From assembly GCA_046291695.1 (NCBI GenBank), contig JBKBSO010000009.1:1707-65706 (forward strand): 64,000 nucleotides of DNA, read 5' to 3'. The translations under genes were made by a program, and so were the position numbers. Below the pieces are notes generated by a model that was given only the letters and a program-made list of their open reading frames with translations, ran no database searches and was not told the DNA's origin. The number at the start of each line of letters is the position of its first letter. Positions within the stretch are counted from its first letter, which is position 1. The stretch comes from Bacteroidia bacterium (GTDB lineage Bacteria; Bacteroidota; Bacteroidia; UBA7662). This document shows positions 52,363-61,564 of this stretch, piece after piece.

Positions 52363-53664
52363 TCAATGCACCACCCGATTGAAAACAAAGCTTTGGGCTT
52401 TACCCTTTATTTCAACAACCACTTGAAGTTGAGCCATGTTTTGAATCTCATCGGCAAGTGCACACCAAGTGGCAGGATTCAGTTGGTCGACCTCCTGGTT
52501 ATTGATTTTCAAAATACGTTCACCTACCTTCAACGATTGAGTAAGTTCGGTTTGCCAGACAAATTTGACCACTAACTCCCCTGATTTATTCAGACCAAAT
52601 TTAAGAGGAAACAGTTGAGGGCTTGTAAAAGTGCTATCGCTAATAGGTTGGAGAAACAGCTGGCCTGCTTGCGTGAAGACGGTTCCATTTCCTGTGTTAA
52701 AAGTCACAACGTACCTTTTCAACAACGAAGCTCCAAGCATGGGCTTGTGCGATGACCATACGGCTGGAACCTGAAGCAGCGACTGATCAGCCAAGAAGAG
52801 CGTATCCAGCACAGTACGGCTGATTTTACCAGCAGAACCTGCATTAAACCCGATGCTGTGTTCTCCGACACCGCGCCAAACCATTTGATCTTTATGCTTT
52901 TTAGAAGATACTACATCCTCATTGAGTTCCACAAAACCGTGAAATCCGAAGTCCATCAGGGCATAAAAAGATTTGCCATATACTGCCGTCTGTAAAATCG
53001 GCAAGCCACTTCCTGTATAAAATACAGGTAGTTGGATTCCCGTAGGTACAAGCTCAAATGGCTTTTTGCTTAAACACAATTGACCTTTTACCGGATCGAT
53101 TTGCCAATTGCACAAATTGATGAGATTAGCCCCTAAAATGCCATCGATTTTGACACAAGCCACATCTGAAAGCCAATTCGTTTCATTTACCACGCAAAGA
53201 ACATCCTTAAATGCCATGTCACCCAAATTCATGGAAGCCAACACCAAATCTTTCTTCATTTTTTTTCCTGTTACATCCTCTATGGGTGTCGTGGCCACTA
53301 CGTTCATACCTGCTGCAATTTCTTTCGATAACATGCTCACCGATGCCCCTGTATCGAATAAAAAGAGAAAGGGCTTTCCATCTATGATCACTTCTACAAA
53401 AGGCAAATCAGTGCGTTGGTAGGTAATGGGCAAACATGCCAAGCTAGCGGAGTCGTTAGTCAAGTTGCCAAGCTGGAGGAGGCGTTTCAAATCATAAGCT
53501 TGATTTTGCGCTTTGGCGTAGACAAAAAACAAGCATACCATCACCACTATCGACAGCCCTTTTTTAAAAACATATTGCAGCTGCTTTTGAGTTGAATTAT
53601 TATTGCTAGGTATGATAGGGGTTAGTGGGTTTTGGTTGAACTGCATGAGGGTTGCTTTATCCAA
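52363..53664 (-). CDS. Retropepsin-like aspartyl protease with C-terminal PDZ domain (start codon uncertain)
   Basis: FLFDTGASVS, DGILGAN, second motif ALMDFG, PDZ-like LKVGERILKINN. Confidence 0.75.
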   Translation of the reverse strand: MDKATLMQFNQNPLTPIIPSNNNSTQKQLQYVFKKGLSIVVMVCLFFVYAKAQNQAYDLKRLLQLGNLTNDSASLACLPITYQRTDLPFVEVIIDGKPFLFLFDTGASVSMLSKEIAAGMNVVATTPIEDVTGKKMKKDLVLASMNLGDMAFKDVLCVVNETNWLSDVACVKIDGILGANLINLCNWQIDPVKGQLCLSKKPFELVPTGIQLPVFYTGSGLPILQTAVYGKSFYALMDFGFHGFVELNEDVVSSKKHKDQMVWRGVGEHSIGFNAGSAGKISRTVLDTLFLADQSLLQVPAVWSSHKPMLGASLLKRYVVTFNTGNGTVFTQAGQLFLQPISDSTFTSPQLFPLKFGLNKSGELVVKFVWQTELTQSLKVGERILKINNQEVDQLNPATWCALADEIQNMAQLQVVVEIKGKAQSFVFNRVVH

Positions 53665-53714
53665 AGATAATCATTCCTAAAACATGGAGTACCGGAGGAG
53701 TCAAGTCACAATTT

Positions 53715-53845
53715 TCAGCGCTTGCTGATTTTGTTGAAGCTAATAGGGCGTTGCAAGTTGCATTTAAAACGGTCCATGCCCGCCGGCTGCTTTTTGAAAT
53801 GTTTGTGCGATACCTTTTTGGCCCGCTCGCCCAACAGCTTAAAAC
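53715..53845 (-). pseudogene. Displaced 3' fragment of the TIGR03643-family gene
   Basis: 53719-53845 aligns ungapped to 55216-55342 with 9 mismatches in 127 nt; encodes FKLLGERAKK...FNKISKR-stop. Confidence 0.9.
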
Positions 53846-53944
53846 ATCCAATTTTGAACTACTTGTGATCTAAAGATTGGGGAGTAATACATATCTTGAA
53901 TCGCCAAAAAAACTGTACCAGTTCATTGTATGTTATTTTTTTTT

Positions 53945-53952
53945 TACATTTG
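53945..53952 (+). promoter_or_regulatory. Bacteroidota -7 promoter (TACATTTG) for the lipoprotein cassette
   Basis: Matches TAnnTTTG about 70 nt upstream of the ATG at 54023. Confidence 0.55.
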
Positions 53953-54022
53953 CAGCCATAGGTTGTTATATGGCCATATACATCTAAAAAAATGTATCAA
54001 TGTAATTTAAAACTTAAAAACA

Positions 54023-54805
54023 ATGAAAAAAATCATCTTTTCAATCCTTTTGTTTTCATTTGCATTTATAGCATGTACCAAGGAAAACACATCTCTTCCT
54101 TCTTCAATTGAGATTTCTGAGTTTCATACCTCTTCCGTGGATGAAAGTGAATTTATGACTGAAGATCAATATGAGTTTGTTGGCCTTAAACATAATGAAT
54201 ATCTTTCCTTAATGCTTACGACCTTGGACTTAACAAATTCAACTCTAACAAGTGCACTTTCGCTCTACGATGTCATGAATAATTACGATGAGCCGTACTT
54301 TGAAAATTATCATTATGACTCTAATTCATTTTTACGAAGTGACAGTACTGCCCTAGGAATCCTTGACACTTCACTTTCAGATTTAGGCAAAGCATATCTT
54401 CAAAGTGCATTGAATGCAATCGAGAATTTTACAGATGTAAATGATTTCAAGAGCAATATGAATCAAATCATAACCGAAAGTAGATTAAACTGCACACCAA
54501 ATGATTTTAAAATTTTGGCAGTTATCTGCACCGTCTTCAAATATTCCTCTGAATTTTGGGCTCCAACCGAACTAGGCGGAGTAGGTTCTGGATATGCATC
54601 TTTATTGCTTAGACATGGAAATGCGAGAATTGCCAAACCTTTCAATTGGAAAAACGCACTCATATCTGATGGTATAAGCGGTGGAGTAGGTTGTATAGCA
54701 GTTGCAGTTGGAGCAGCAATCGCAACTGGTCCTGTAGGCTGGGGCGTATTAGCAATCTGTGCTGGTGAGTCGGCAATAAACTCTGGTATAGCTGGCTGGT
54801 TATGA
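54023..54805 (+). CDS. Lipoprotein with Gly/Ala-rich hydrophobic C-terminal tail (candidate bacteriocin/toxin precursor)
   Basis: Lipobox FIAC; GLKHNEYL motif; tail WKNALISDGISGGVGCIAVAVGAAIATGPVGWGVLAICAG...; AT-rich. Confidence 0.7.
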   Translation: MKKIIFSILLFSFAFIACTKENTSLPSSIEISEFHTSSVDESEFMTEDQYEFVGLKHNEYLSLMLTTLDLTNSTLTSALSLYDVMNNYDEPYFENYHYDSNSFLRSDSTALGILDTSLSDLGKAYLQSALNAIENFTDVNDFKSNMNQIITESRLNCTPNDFKILAVICTVFKYSSEFWAPTELGGVGSGYASLLLRHGNARIAKPFNWKNALISDGISGGVGCIAVAVGAAIATGPVGWGVLAICAGESAINSGIAGWL

Positions 54806-55026
54806 AAATACTCTCAAAAAGCAAAGTAATGATCATCATTGTGTCATTTTGGATACTGTTTTCAGCTTTAATTTGCTACAGTATTTTTCTAAGTCTAGAA
54901 GTGCACAATGGAGCTGACATTGACTTTCAACTGCTTATCACCAGGTCCCTCCTGTTCGGCTTGGTGCAATCAGGTTTGCCAATCTATTTTGTAAATAAAT
55001 TTTACAAAAACAGCAAATCGGCTTAA
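54802..55026 (+). CDS. Small two-TM protein (candidate immunity protein)
   Basis: 74 aa with two hydrophobic helices; ATGA overlap with the lipoprotein gene. Confidence 0.6.
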   Translation: MKILSKSKVMIIIVSFWILFSALICYSIFLSLEVHNGADIDFQLLITRSLLFGLVQSGLPIYFVNKFYKNSKSA

Positions 55027-55044
55027 TGTTAGAAATGAGGCCAG

Positions 55045-55086
55045 GAGCCCCAACACTAAACTTTACCAAGTCGAGTTTTGGGGCTC
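55045..55086. terminator. Hairpin closing the cassette transcript
   Basis: GAGCCCCAA...TTGGGGCTC stem about 20 nt after the stop. Confidence 0.5.
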
Positions 55087-55211
55087 AAATTTATCAACAG
55101 CAATTGCAACTGGTTTGATCTAATGAACGGTTGTCACCAATGCTTTTAATCTGCCAACATCTGTAGGTTGACAAGCATTTTTAATTAAGGACCTTTAAGC
55201 TTACTCTTAAT

Positions 55212-55496
55212 CTACCGCTTGCTGATTTTGTTGAAGCTAATAGGGCGTTGCAAGTTGCATTTAAAACGATCCATGCCCGCTGGCCGCTTTTTGGCGTGTT
55301 TGTGCGATACCTTTTTGGCCCGTTCGCGCCACAGCTTAAAACTCGAAGCTTTTAATTCGCGCCGCATGAGTGCAATGACCTCCTGCTCGCGCAAGCCAAA
55401 TTGCGCAAAAATGGCATCAAAAGGCGTGCGGTCTTCCCAGGCCATTTCAATGATGCGGTCGGTTTGGGCGGGGCTCAACTCAGACTTCATGTGCAT
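55212..55496 (-). CDS. TIGR03643 family protein
   Basis: DRIIEMAWEDRTPFDAI..QFGL.E..VI.LMR..SSFKLWR. Confidence 0.88.
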   Translation of the reverse strand: MHMKSELSPAQTDRIIEMAWEDRTPFDAIFAQFGLREQEVIALMRRELKASSFKLWRERAKKVSHKHAKKRPAGMDRFKCNLQRPISFNKISKR

Positions 55497-55526
55497 TAAA
55501 CAGCTGTTTCAGCTGAAAGTTTGAGA

Positions 55527-56750
55527 TCACCGCGCCGGCATCCGCTTCCAAATCACCAGAGCCGAAAACAGGGTGAGCAGTCCGATGGTCCAAACGGCTG
55601 CGTTCAGGCCCAGCCAGTCGGCCACCACGCCCGAAAGCACCGCCCCGAAGGCATAACCCAAATCGCGCCAAAGCCGGAAAACACCAATGCTTTCGGCCCG
55701 TTGTTGGGGCGAGGTAGCAGCGGCAATGGCGGTTAAAAAGGTGGGGTATACCAGGGCCGTTCCCAATCCCAGCAAGACCATCAAAGTGCCGATTTGCCAG
55801 GCATTACCGGCCGCAGGCAACAGCAGAATGGCCATGGCCTGCGACAACATGCCCCAGAAAAGCATTTTTTTGCGCGAATAATGATCGGCCATTTTGCCCG
55901 TAACCACCTGTCCGATACCCCAAACCGCCGGATAAATGGCCACCAACATGCCCGTTTCGGCCTGATTAAAGTGGGCCAAGCTCAGCATCACCGGTAAAAG
56001 TCCCCAAATCATGCCGTCGTTCAGGTTATTCACCAAACCGGCCTGGGTAACTGTGCCCAGGGTTTTGTCCTTCCAACTGCTTTCCCACAAAACATGCTGT
56101 AAAGGCGCTATATCGCGCTGCCCGCTTTCGGCTTGCACATGGGCGCGGGTATCGTTTACCCAAAGCAGGGTGAGCAACAAACCACTTACCGACAAAACCA
56201 CACCCACATAAAAAGGATAAGGTGTGAGTCCATAGCGATTGGCCAGCCAACCGGTCAACAAGGCCGTAAGCCCCACAGCCAAATAGCCGGCAAATTCGTT
56301 TAGCCCCATGGCCAAACCCCGGTCTTTTTCACCCACCAGGTCTATTTTCATAACCACCGTGCTGCTCCAGGCAAAACCCTGACTGATGCCCAAAAGCACA
56401 TTGGCTGCCACTACCCACTCCCAATGGCTGGCGCTCATGAGCAGCCAGGGGACGGGCAAGGCCAGCAACCAGCCCGCCAGCAACAGCTTTTTTCGTCCGT
56501 AATAATTGGCCAGCCTGCCGGTATAATAATTGGCCAGGGCCTTGCTCAAGCCAAAAGCAACAATAAACGATAAAACCGCAGCATGCGAGACCATGCCAAA
56601 TTTTTCGCTCGCTAATGCAGGTAAGATGCTGCGCTCCATCCCCACCATGCCTCCTACCAGGGCGTTAATGAGGACCAGCAAAGCAAATTGGGCACGATTG
56701 GCCCCCAAACCCAAGCGAACCGTAGCGTTTTGTGCTTGCATAGGCAACAA
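55527..56750 (-). CDS. MFS transporter
   Basis: About 12 TM segments; GRLANYYGRK and GKMADHYSRK motif-A loops. Confidence 0.88.
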   Translation of the reverse strand: MLPMQAQNATVRLGLGANRAQFALLVLINALVGGMVGMERSILPALASEKFGMVSHAAVLSFIVAFGLSKALANYYTGRLANYYGRKKLLLAGWLLALPVPWLLMSASHWEWVVAANVLLGISQGFAWSSTVVMKIDLVGEKDRGLAMGLNEFAGYLAVGLTALLTGWLANRYGLTPYPFYVGVVLSVSGLLLTLLWVNDTRAHVQAESGQRDIAPLQHVLWESSWKDKTLGTVTQAGLVNNLNDGMIWGLLPVMLSLAHFNQAETGMLVAIYPAVWGIGQVVTGKMADHYSRKKMLFWGMLSQAMAILLLPAAGNAWQIGTLMVLLGLGTALVYPTFLTAIAAATSPQQRAESIGVFRLWRDLGYAFGAVLSGVVADWLGLNAAVWTIGLLTLFSALVIWKRMPAR

Positions 56751-56797
56751 AACTCCGGCAAAGCAGGCGGCATTCCTTTATCAAATGATAAAAAGCA

Positions 56798-57394
56798 CTA
56801 GCCTTTGCTGATCGAGGCACGAATGCGGCTCAACGATACTTGGGTGATGCCCAAATAAGAAGCAATGTGCCGCAATGGTACCCGTTGCAAGAGGTTGGGC
56901 TGCTTTAGCAAGTCGAGATAACGCTCGGTGGCCGACTTAAACTGCAGGCTTTCGATGCGACCGATGGCATGCACAAAGGCTTTTTCAAGCATTTTGCGGT
57001 AGAGCCGTTCCAGCTCGGGATGCTTGTTGAACAAAGCAAACAAGCGCGCTGCATCGATGGCCAGCAGCCGGCTGTCTTCGAGTGCTTCAATGGCCTTGCG
57101 GGTGGGCGCACCAGTCAACAAACTTTCGGCTCGAATGATAAGCTCTCCTGCGAAGGCAAAATGCTCGGTGACTTCGGTCTCGGCTTGGTAATAAAAAATA
57201 CGTGCCGCCCCCTCGAGCACCAGGTACAAGGTACGGCAGTGCGTGCCGGCTTCCTGTATAATGGCGTATTTGCGAAATTGCAAGATGTTTGTAATCGCGC
57301 TAATGGCTCGAGTCGACTCTTGGCTTACTTCATGGAACTGCAAAAGCATATCCAAATCATGTTCTTGCAATTCCTGTTTCATCGTTTTTTTCAA
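56798..57394 (-). CDS. Crp/Fnr family regulator (Bacteroidota type)
   Basis: cNMP-binding domain; IASYLGITQVSLSRIR. Confidence 0.88.
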   Translation of the reverse strand: MKKTMKQELQEHDLDMLLQFHEVSQESTRAISAITNILQFRKYAIIQEAGTHCRTLYLVLEGAARIFYYQAETEVTEHFAFAGELIIRAESLLTGAPTRKAIEALEDSRLLAIDAARLFALFNKHPELERLYRKMLEKAFVHAIGRIESLQFKSATERYLDLLKQPNLLQRVPLRHIASYLGITQVSLSRIRASISKG

Positions 57395-57494
57395 TGCGTT
57401 GCTCCTGCATAACTAATAAAATCAACCCCCATCGTGATAGTGAGAAGCGTTCAACAAACTGTGCAAAGGATCTGAGCGCGAGCTTTATAGCTGT

Positions 57495-57950
57495 CTAAAA
57501 AAAAATTCCAGACAAAGCGTCAATAATTATTTGATGATCTGCCTCATCCTGAAGTCCCGAAACAGTTATTGTCGCAATCATTCCTGCATTTTTCACAAAT
57601 ATTGGTATTGAACCCCCTTTCGCAAGAAAATCCTTTTCGTCAAGGGCAAAGGTTTGATCCAATGTCATATTGCCCGCTTTCAAATCATTTTTTACACGTA
57701 AAGAGCTTTCTTCAAATTGTTTTGCAACATTAGCCTTTCTTCTAAGCCAATTGTGTTTGTCAACTGGAAGCTTGTCATCAACGTATAAAAATATCGTGTG
57801 ATTTAGCCTGCATATTTCTACAGCAATATGTTGATTGCGATTTTTTGCCATGTCAATAATTGCCAAACCCATTTCGAGGGCAATTTTGTTAGAGAAACTA
57901 TCTAACTCTATTTTTTTGACAACTTCATTGTTTGCTTCAAGCTGTGCCAT
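57495..57950 (-). CDS. Heme-binding/degrading domain protein (UPF0303/DUF336-like)
   Basis: WLRRKANV, GGSIPI, ITVSGL..DH; AT-rich. Confidence 0.75.
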   Translation of the reverse strand: MAQLEANNEVVKKIELDSFSNKIALEMGLAIIDMAKNRNQHIAVEICRLNHTIFLYVDDKLPVDKHNWLRRKANVAKQFEESSLRVKNDLKAGNMTLDQTFALDEKDFLAKGGSIPIFVKNAGMIATITVSGLQDEADHQIIIDALSGIFF

Positions 57951-58214
57951 TATCGAATTGCTTTTTAATAAGCCGTTAGTAAAAGTAGTTATTTGCTCAT
58001 CATTTTATTTGTAATTTCTGCCAGCTGTGTCTAGGCTTAAAACTGCTGCCAACTTGTGTAAAACTTCCACCAGTTGGCTTTCACTTCATTCATTCGATTG
58101 GTAGATTTATCAGGCTTCTTGCTTGCAATCACCCCACCATTCCAGCCTCCTAAAGATAACAGCCCCCGCTGAAATGCCTGTGTTTTGGCACCAGAAATCG
58201 CCTACCTTTGCAGC

Positions 58215-59390
58215 ATGTTCCAGCAAATTGTCCTCAAAAGCGGCCGCGACCGCTCGCTTCGCAATAGGCACCCCTGGGTTTTCAGCGGTGCGGTAAAACA
58301 GTGGCCCGATGCCGAAAATGGCGAAATCGTAGCCGTTAGCGACAACCAAGGACAATTGCTGGGCTACGGCTTTTTTTCGCCAAAAAGTCAGATTGTGTGC
58401 AGGCTATTCCATTTTGGTGCTGCTCCTGAACATGGCTTCGACCAGGCCTATTGGACTGCTAAAATCGAACGGGCTGTACTCCTGCGCAAGCAGTTGATAG
58501 ACCCTGCGGGCACTTCGTGTTATCGCTTACTGCATGCCGAAGGTGATTTTTTACCCGGAATCATCGTCGATGTGTATGGGTCGGTGGTGGTAGTTCAGGT
58601 GCTCATCAAAGGTGTTGAACGGATTTTTGAGCAGCTCGAAAAGGCATTGCATGACCTCGGCTTTGCCCATATTTACCTCAAGCAAAAAGAAAACTCCGGC
58701 TTCCTTGAGGCGGTACAATTGCCCAAAGGCTGGCGCGGCACCCCCTGCCCCATGCCGGTGCGGGTGTTGGAGCATGGTTTGCAGTTTGATATAGATGTTG
58801 AAAGCGGACAAAAGACCGGCTTTTTCATCGACCAACGCGAAAACCGTCTGCTCACCCAACAATTTAGTGCCGGCAAAAAAGTCCTCAATGCTTTCAGCTA
58901 TACCGGCGGATTCAGTCTGTACGCCCTGGCTGGTGGTGCCCGCGAAGTACATTCAGTCGACATTTCGAAAGACGCCATTGCCCGCGCCAACGAATTGGTG
59001 GCCTTGAATTTTCCGGGTGCCAAACATTTAGGTGTTGCCGCCGATTGTTTCGATTACCTCAAACAAACCGAAGATGTGTACGACCTCATCGTGCTCGATC
59101 CTCCCGCCTTTGCCAAAAGCGCCAAGGCCGTGAACAATGCGGCCCGTGGTTACAAAGAACTCAACCTGGTGGCTCTGAAAAAAATTGCACCAGGTGGCTT
59201 GTTGTTTACCTACAGCTGCTCGCAAAACATCACGCCCGATTTGTTTCGCAAAATTGTATTCGGTTCCGCCGCCGATGCTGGTCGCGAAGTGCGCATCCTC
59301 CGCCTGCTCTCTCAGGCCGACGACCATCCCATTAATATTTACCACCCCGAAGGGGAGTATTTGAAGGGATTGATGTTGTATGTGGAGTGA
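58215..59390 (+). CDS. rlmI: 23S rRNA m5C1962 methyltransferase RlmI-like
   Basis: HPWVFSG PUA domain, GQKTGFFIDQREN, FSYTGGF, LDPPAF, YLKG; TACCTTTG promoter 4 nt upstream. Confidence 0.85.
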   Translation: MFQQIVLKSGRDRSLRNRHPWVFSGAVKQWPDAENGEIVAVSDNQGQLLGYGFFSPKSQIVCRLFHFGAAPEHGFDQAYWTAKIERAVLLRKQLIDPAGTSCYRLLHAEGDFLPGIIVDVYGSVVVVQVLIKGVERIFEQLEKALHDLGFAHIYLKQKENSGFLEAVQLPKGWRGTPCPMPVRVLEHGLQFDIDVESGQKTGFFIDQRENRLLTQQFSAGKKVLNAFSYTGGFSLYALAGGAREVHSVDISKDAIARANELVALNFPGAKHLGVAADCFDYLKQTEDVYDLIVLDPPAFAKSAKAVNNAARGYKELNLVALKKIAPGGLLFTYSCSQNITPDLFRKIVFGSAADAGREVRILRLLSQADDHPINIYHPEGEYLKGLMLYVE

Positions 59391-60016
59391 TTTTGGAGTT
59401 CAGGCAAGCCCTTGCCATTTCAGATTCACCATTGGTTTTCGATTAGTATGGGGTGGAGTGGTATTTTTTGGACTCAATGAAACTAAAAGCTAGTTGCGAC
59501 CTACAGGGCAATGAGGCAAGACATCATTGAGTCATTTCCAAAAAAAATCCGCGATGCTATCAAATCCTCTAACGCCCAAATCACTGCTAGTTCTGTAGGG
59601 CTCCACGATGTGTAACGCAAAGTACCATGTTCATTCGCAGCTTGTAGAGGCACAAGTTGGGGCATCTAATTTCTGTGGAAGAACAAATATGAATTAGAAC
59701 TCGCAAGGCGCTGAGGTCATCATGTATCGAAGCGCACTCATTCGCAGGCTTCGGTAAACAGCACCCGATGCCCCCGTCCTCTTTACCGAAATTCAGCTCA
59801 GCCACCGGTTAAAGCATTGCTCCACAAAACCTTCCCCTGCGCATTTGAGCCAGTTTGAATTCCTCTTTATTAGCCAGGAAGCTTGATTTACTTAACCCGT
59901 ATTCAAAATCTGAACAACAACAGCAGGCTATTTACCTTTATCATAAAAGAAGATAACCATATCCAAATCCCTGATTTACAAAGGAATTATCTCGACACAT
60001 TAAACCTTTTTTCAAC

Positions 60017-60050
60017 TATCTTTGTTGCCTAATTCAGATTCAGTCTAATT
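60017..60050 (+). promoter_or_regulatory. suf promoter (-7 TATCTTTG) followed by candidate iron-regulator palindrome
   Basis: TATCTTTG at 60017-60024; ATTCAGATTcAGTCTAATT imperfect palindrome at 60032-60050. Confidence 0.5.
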
Positions 60051-60063
60051 ACGTACAATCAGA

Positions 60064-61512
60064 ATGAGCAATAACGAACAAGAACTACTCGACCAGGTTA
60101 CAGGAGAAGAATATAAATACGGCTTTGTCAGCAATATTGAACAAGACATCATTCCTAAAGGCCTGGATGAAGATGTAATTCGCTTCATATCAGCCAAAAA
60201 GGAAGAGCCGGAGTGGCTGCTTGAATGGCGCTTAAAAGCCTACAAGCATTGGCTGACTTTAGAAGAGCCTGGCTGGCAAAACGTGCATTATCCACCCATC
60301 GACTACCAGGACATCAGCTACTATGCCTCACCCAAGGCCGAATCGAAGCTCAACAGCCTCGATGAACTGGACCCTGAAATCAAAGCCACTTACGACAAAT
60401 TGGGCATTCCGCTCGAAGAGCAGCTGGTGCTGGCCGGTGTGGCCGTAGATGCCGTATTGGATTCAGTATCGGTGATCACCACCTTCAAAGAAAAACTCGC
60501 CGAAAAAGGGGTGATTTTCTGTGCCATCAGCGAAGCCGTGCACACCCATCCCGAACTGGTTAAAAGATACCTCGGCAGCGTAGTACCTTATACCGACAAT
60601 TATTTTGCTGCCCTGAACAGCGCTGTATTCAGCGACGGTTCATTTGTATACATTCCCAAAGGCGTGCGCTGCCCCATGGAATTAAGCACCTATTTCCGTA
60701 TCAACGCCCAGGGAACAGGGCAGTTTGAGCGCACCCTCATTGTAGCCGAAGACGAAAGTTATGTAAGTTACCTCGAAGGCTGCACAGCGCCCAAGCGCGA
60801 CGAAAATCAGCTGCATGCCGCCGTGGTAGAGCTCGTGGCCATGGAAAAGGCCGAAATCAAATATAGCACGGTACAAAACTGGTACCCAGGCGACAAAAAT
60901 GGTAAAGGCGGTATCTATAACTTTGTAACCAAGCGTGGCGTTTGCATGGGCAACTACAGCAAAATCAGCTGGACGCAGGTAGAAACCGGCTCGGCCATCA
61001 CCTGGAAATATCCCAGCGTGGTGCTTAAAGGCGACCACAGCATTGGCGAGTTTTACAGCGTGGCTGTTACCAACAATATGCAACAGGCCGATACAGGCAC
61101 CAAAATGATCCACATCGGCAAAAACACCAAAAGCCGCATTGTGAGCAAGGGTATTAGTGCAGGCAAAAGCCAAAACTCGTACCGAGGTCTGGTAAAAGTG
61201 CGCAAATCCGCTGAAAAAGCCCGGAACTTCAGTCAGTGCGACTCACTGCTCATGGGCGACAAGTGCGGCGCACACACTTTCCCCTACTTCGAAATCAACA
61301 ACAACGGCGCTACGGTAGAACACGAAGCCACCACCTCTAAAATTGGTGAAGACATCCTATTCTATTGCAACCAGCGCGGCATTAGCGAAGAAGATGCTGT
61401 AGCCCTCATTGTAAACGGCTACGCCAAAGAAGTCCTCGACATGCTGCCGATGGAGTTTGCTGTAGAAGCCAAAAAACTGTTGGCCATTTCGTTAGAAGGA
61501 TCGGTCGGCTAG
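60064..61512 (+). CDS. sufB: Fe-S cluster assembly protein SufB
   Basis: [44 protein letters not shown]. Confidence 0.97.
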   Translation: MSNNEQELLDQVTGEEYKYGFVSNIEQDIIPKGLDEDVIRFISAKKEEPEWLLEWRLKAYKHWLTLEEPGWQNVHYPPIDYQDISYYASPKAESKLNSLDELDPEIKATYDKLGIPLEEQLVLAGVAVDAVLDSVSVITTFKEKLAEKGVIFCAISEAVHTHPELVKRYLGSVVPYTDNYFAALNSAVFSDGSFVYIPKGVRCPMELSTYFRINAQGTGQFERTLIVAEDESYVSYLEGCTAPKRDENQLHAAVVELVAMEKAEIKYSTVQNWYPGDKNGKGGIYNFVTKRGVCMGNYSKISWTQVETGSAITWKYPSVVLKGDHSIGEFYSVAVTNNMQQADTGTKMIHIGKNTKSRIVSKGISAGKSQNSYRGLVKVRKSAEKARNFSQCDSLLMGDKCGAHTFPYFEINNNGATVEHEATTSKIGEDILFYCNQRGISEEDAVALIVNGYAKEVLDMLPMEFAVEAKKLLAISLEGSVG

Positions 61513-61521
61513 CGCCGTCCG

Positions 61522-61544
61522 AAGGTTCAAGGTTCAAAGTTCAA
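61522..61544 (+). repeat. Left heptamer array, 3 units (A(G/A)GTTCA)
   Basis: AAGGTTCAAGGTTCAAAGTTCAA; reverse complement of the array at 62124-62186. Confidence 0.85.
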
Positions 61545-61564
61545 CCAGGCATGAAAAGTATAAA

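Noticed and set aside
53719-55342. 127-bp repeat pair as a DGR template/variable repeat
   Set aside because: The mismatches are not confined to adenines, there is no reverse transcriptase, and the geometry fits an integration duplication.
59391-60016. Possible REP elements or ncRNA upstream of sufB (scattered GTAG/CTAC motifs; ORF 59587..59805)
   Set aside because: No clean palindromes or recognisable RNA family, and the ORF has no protein-like features.
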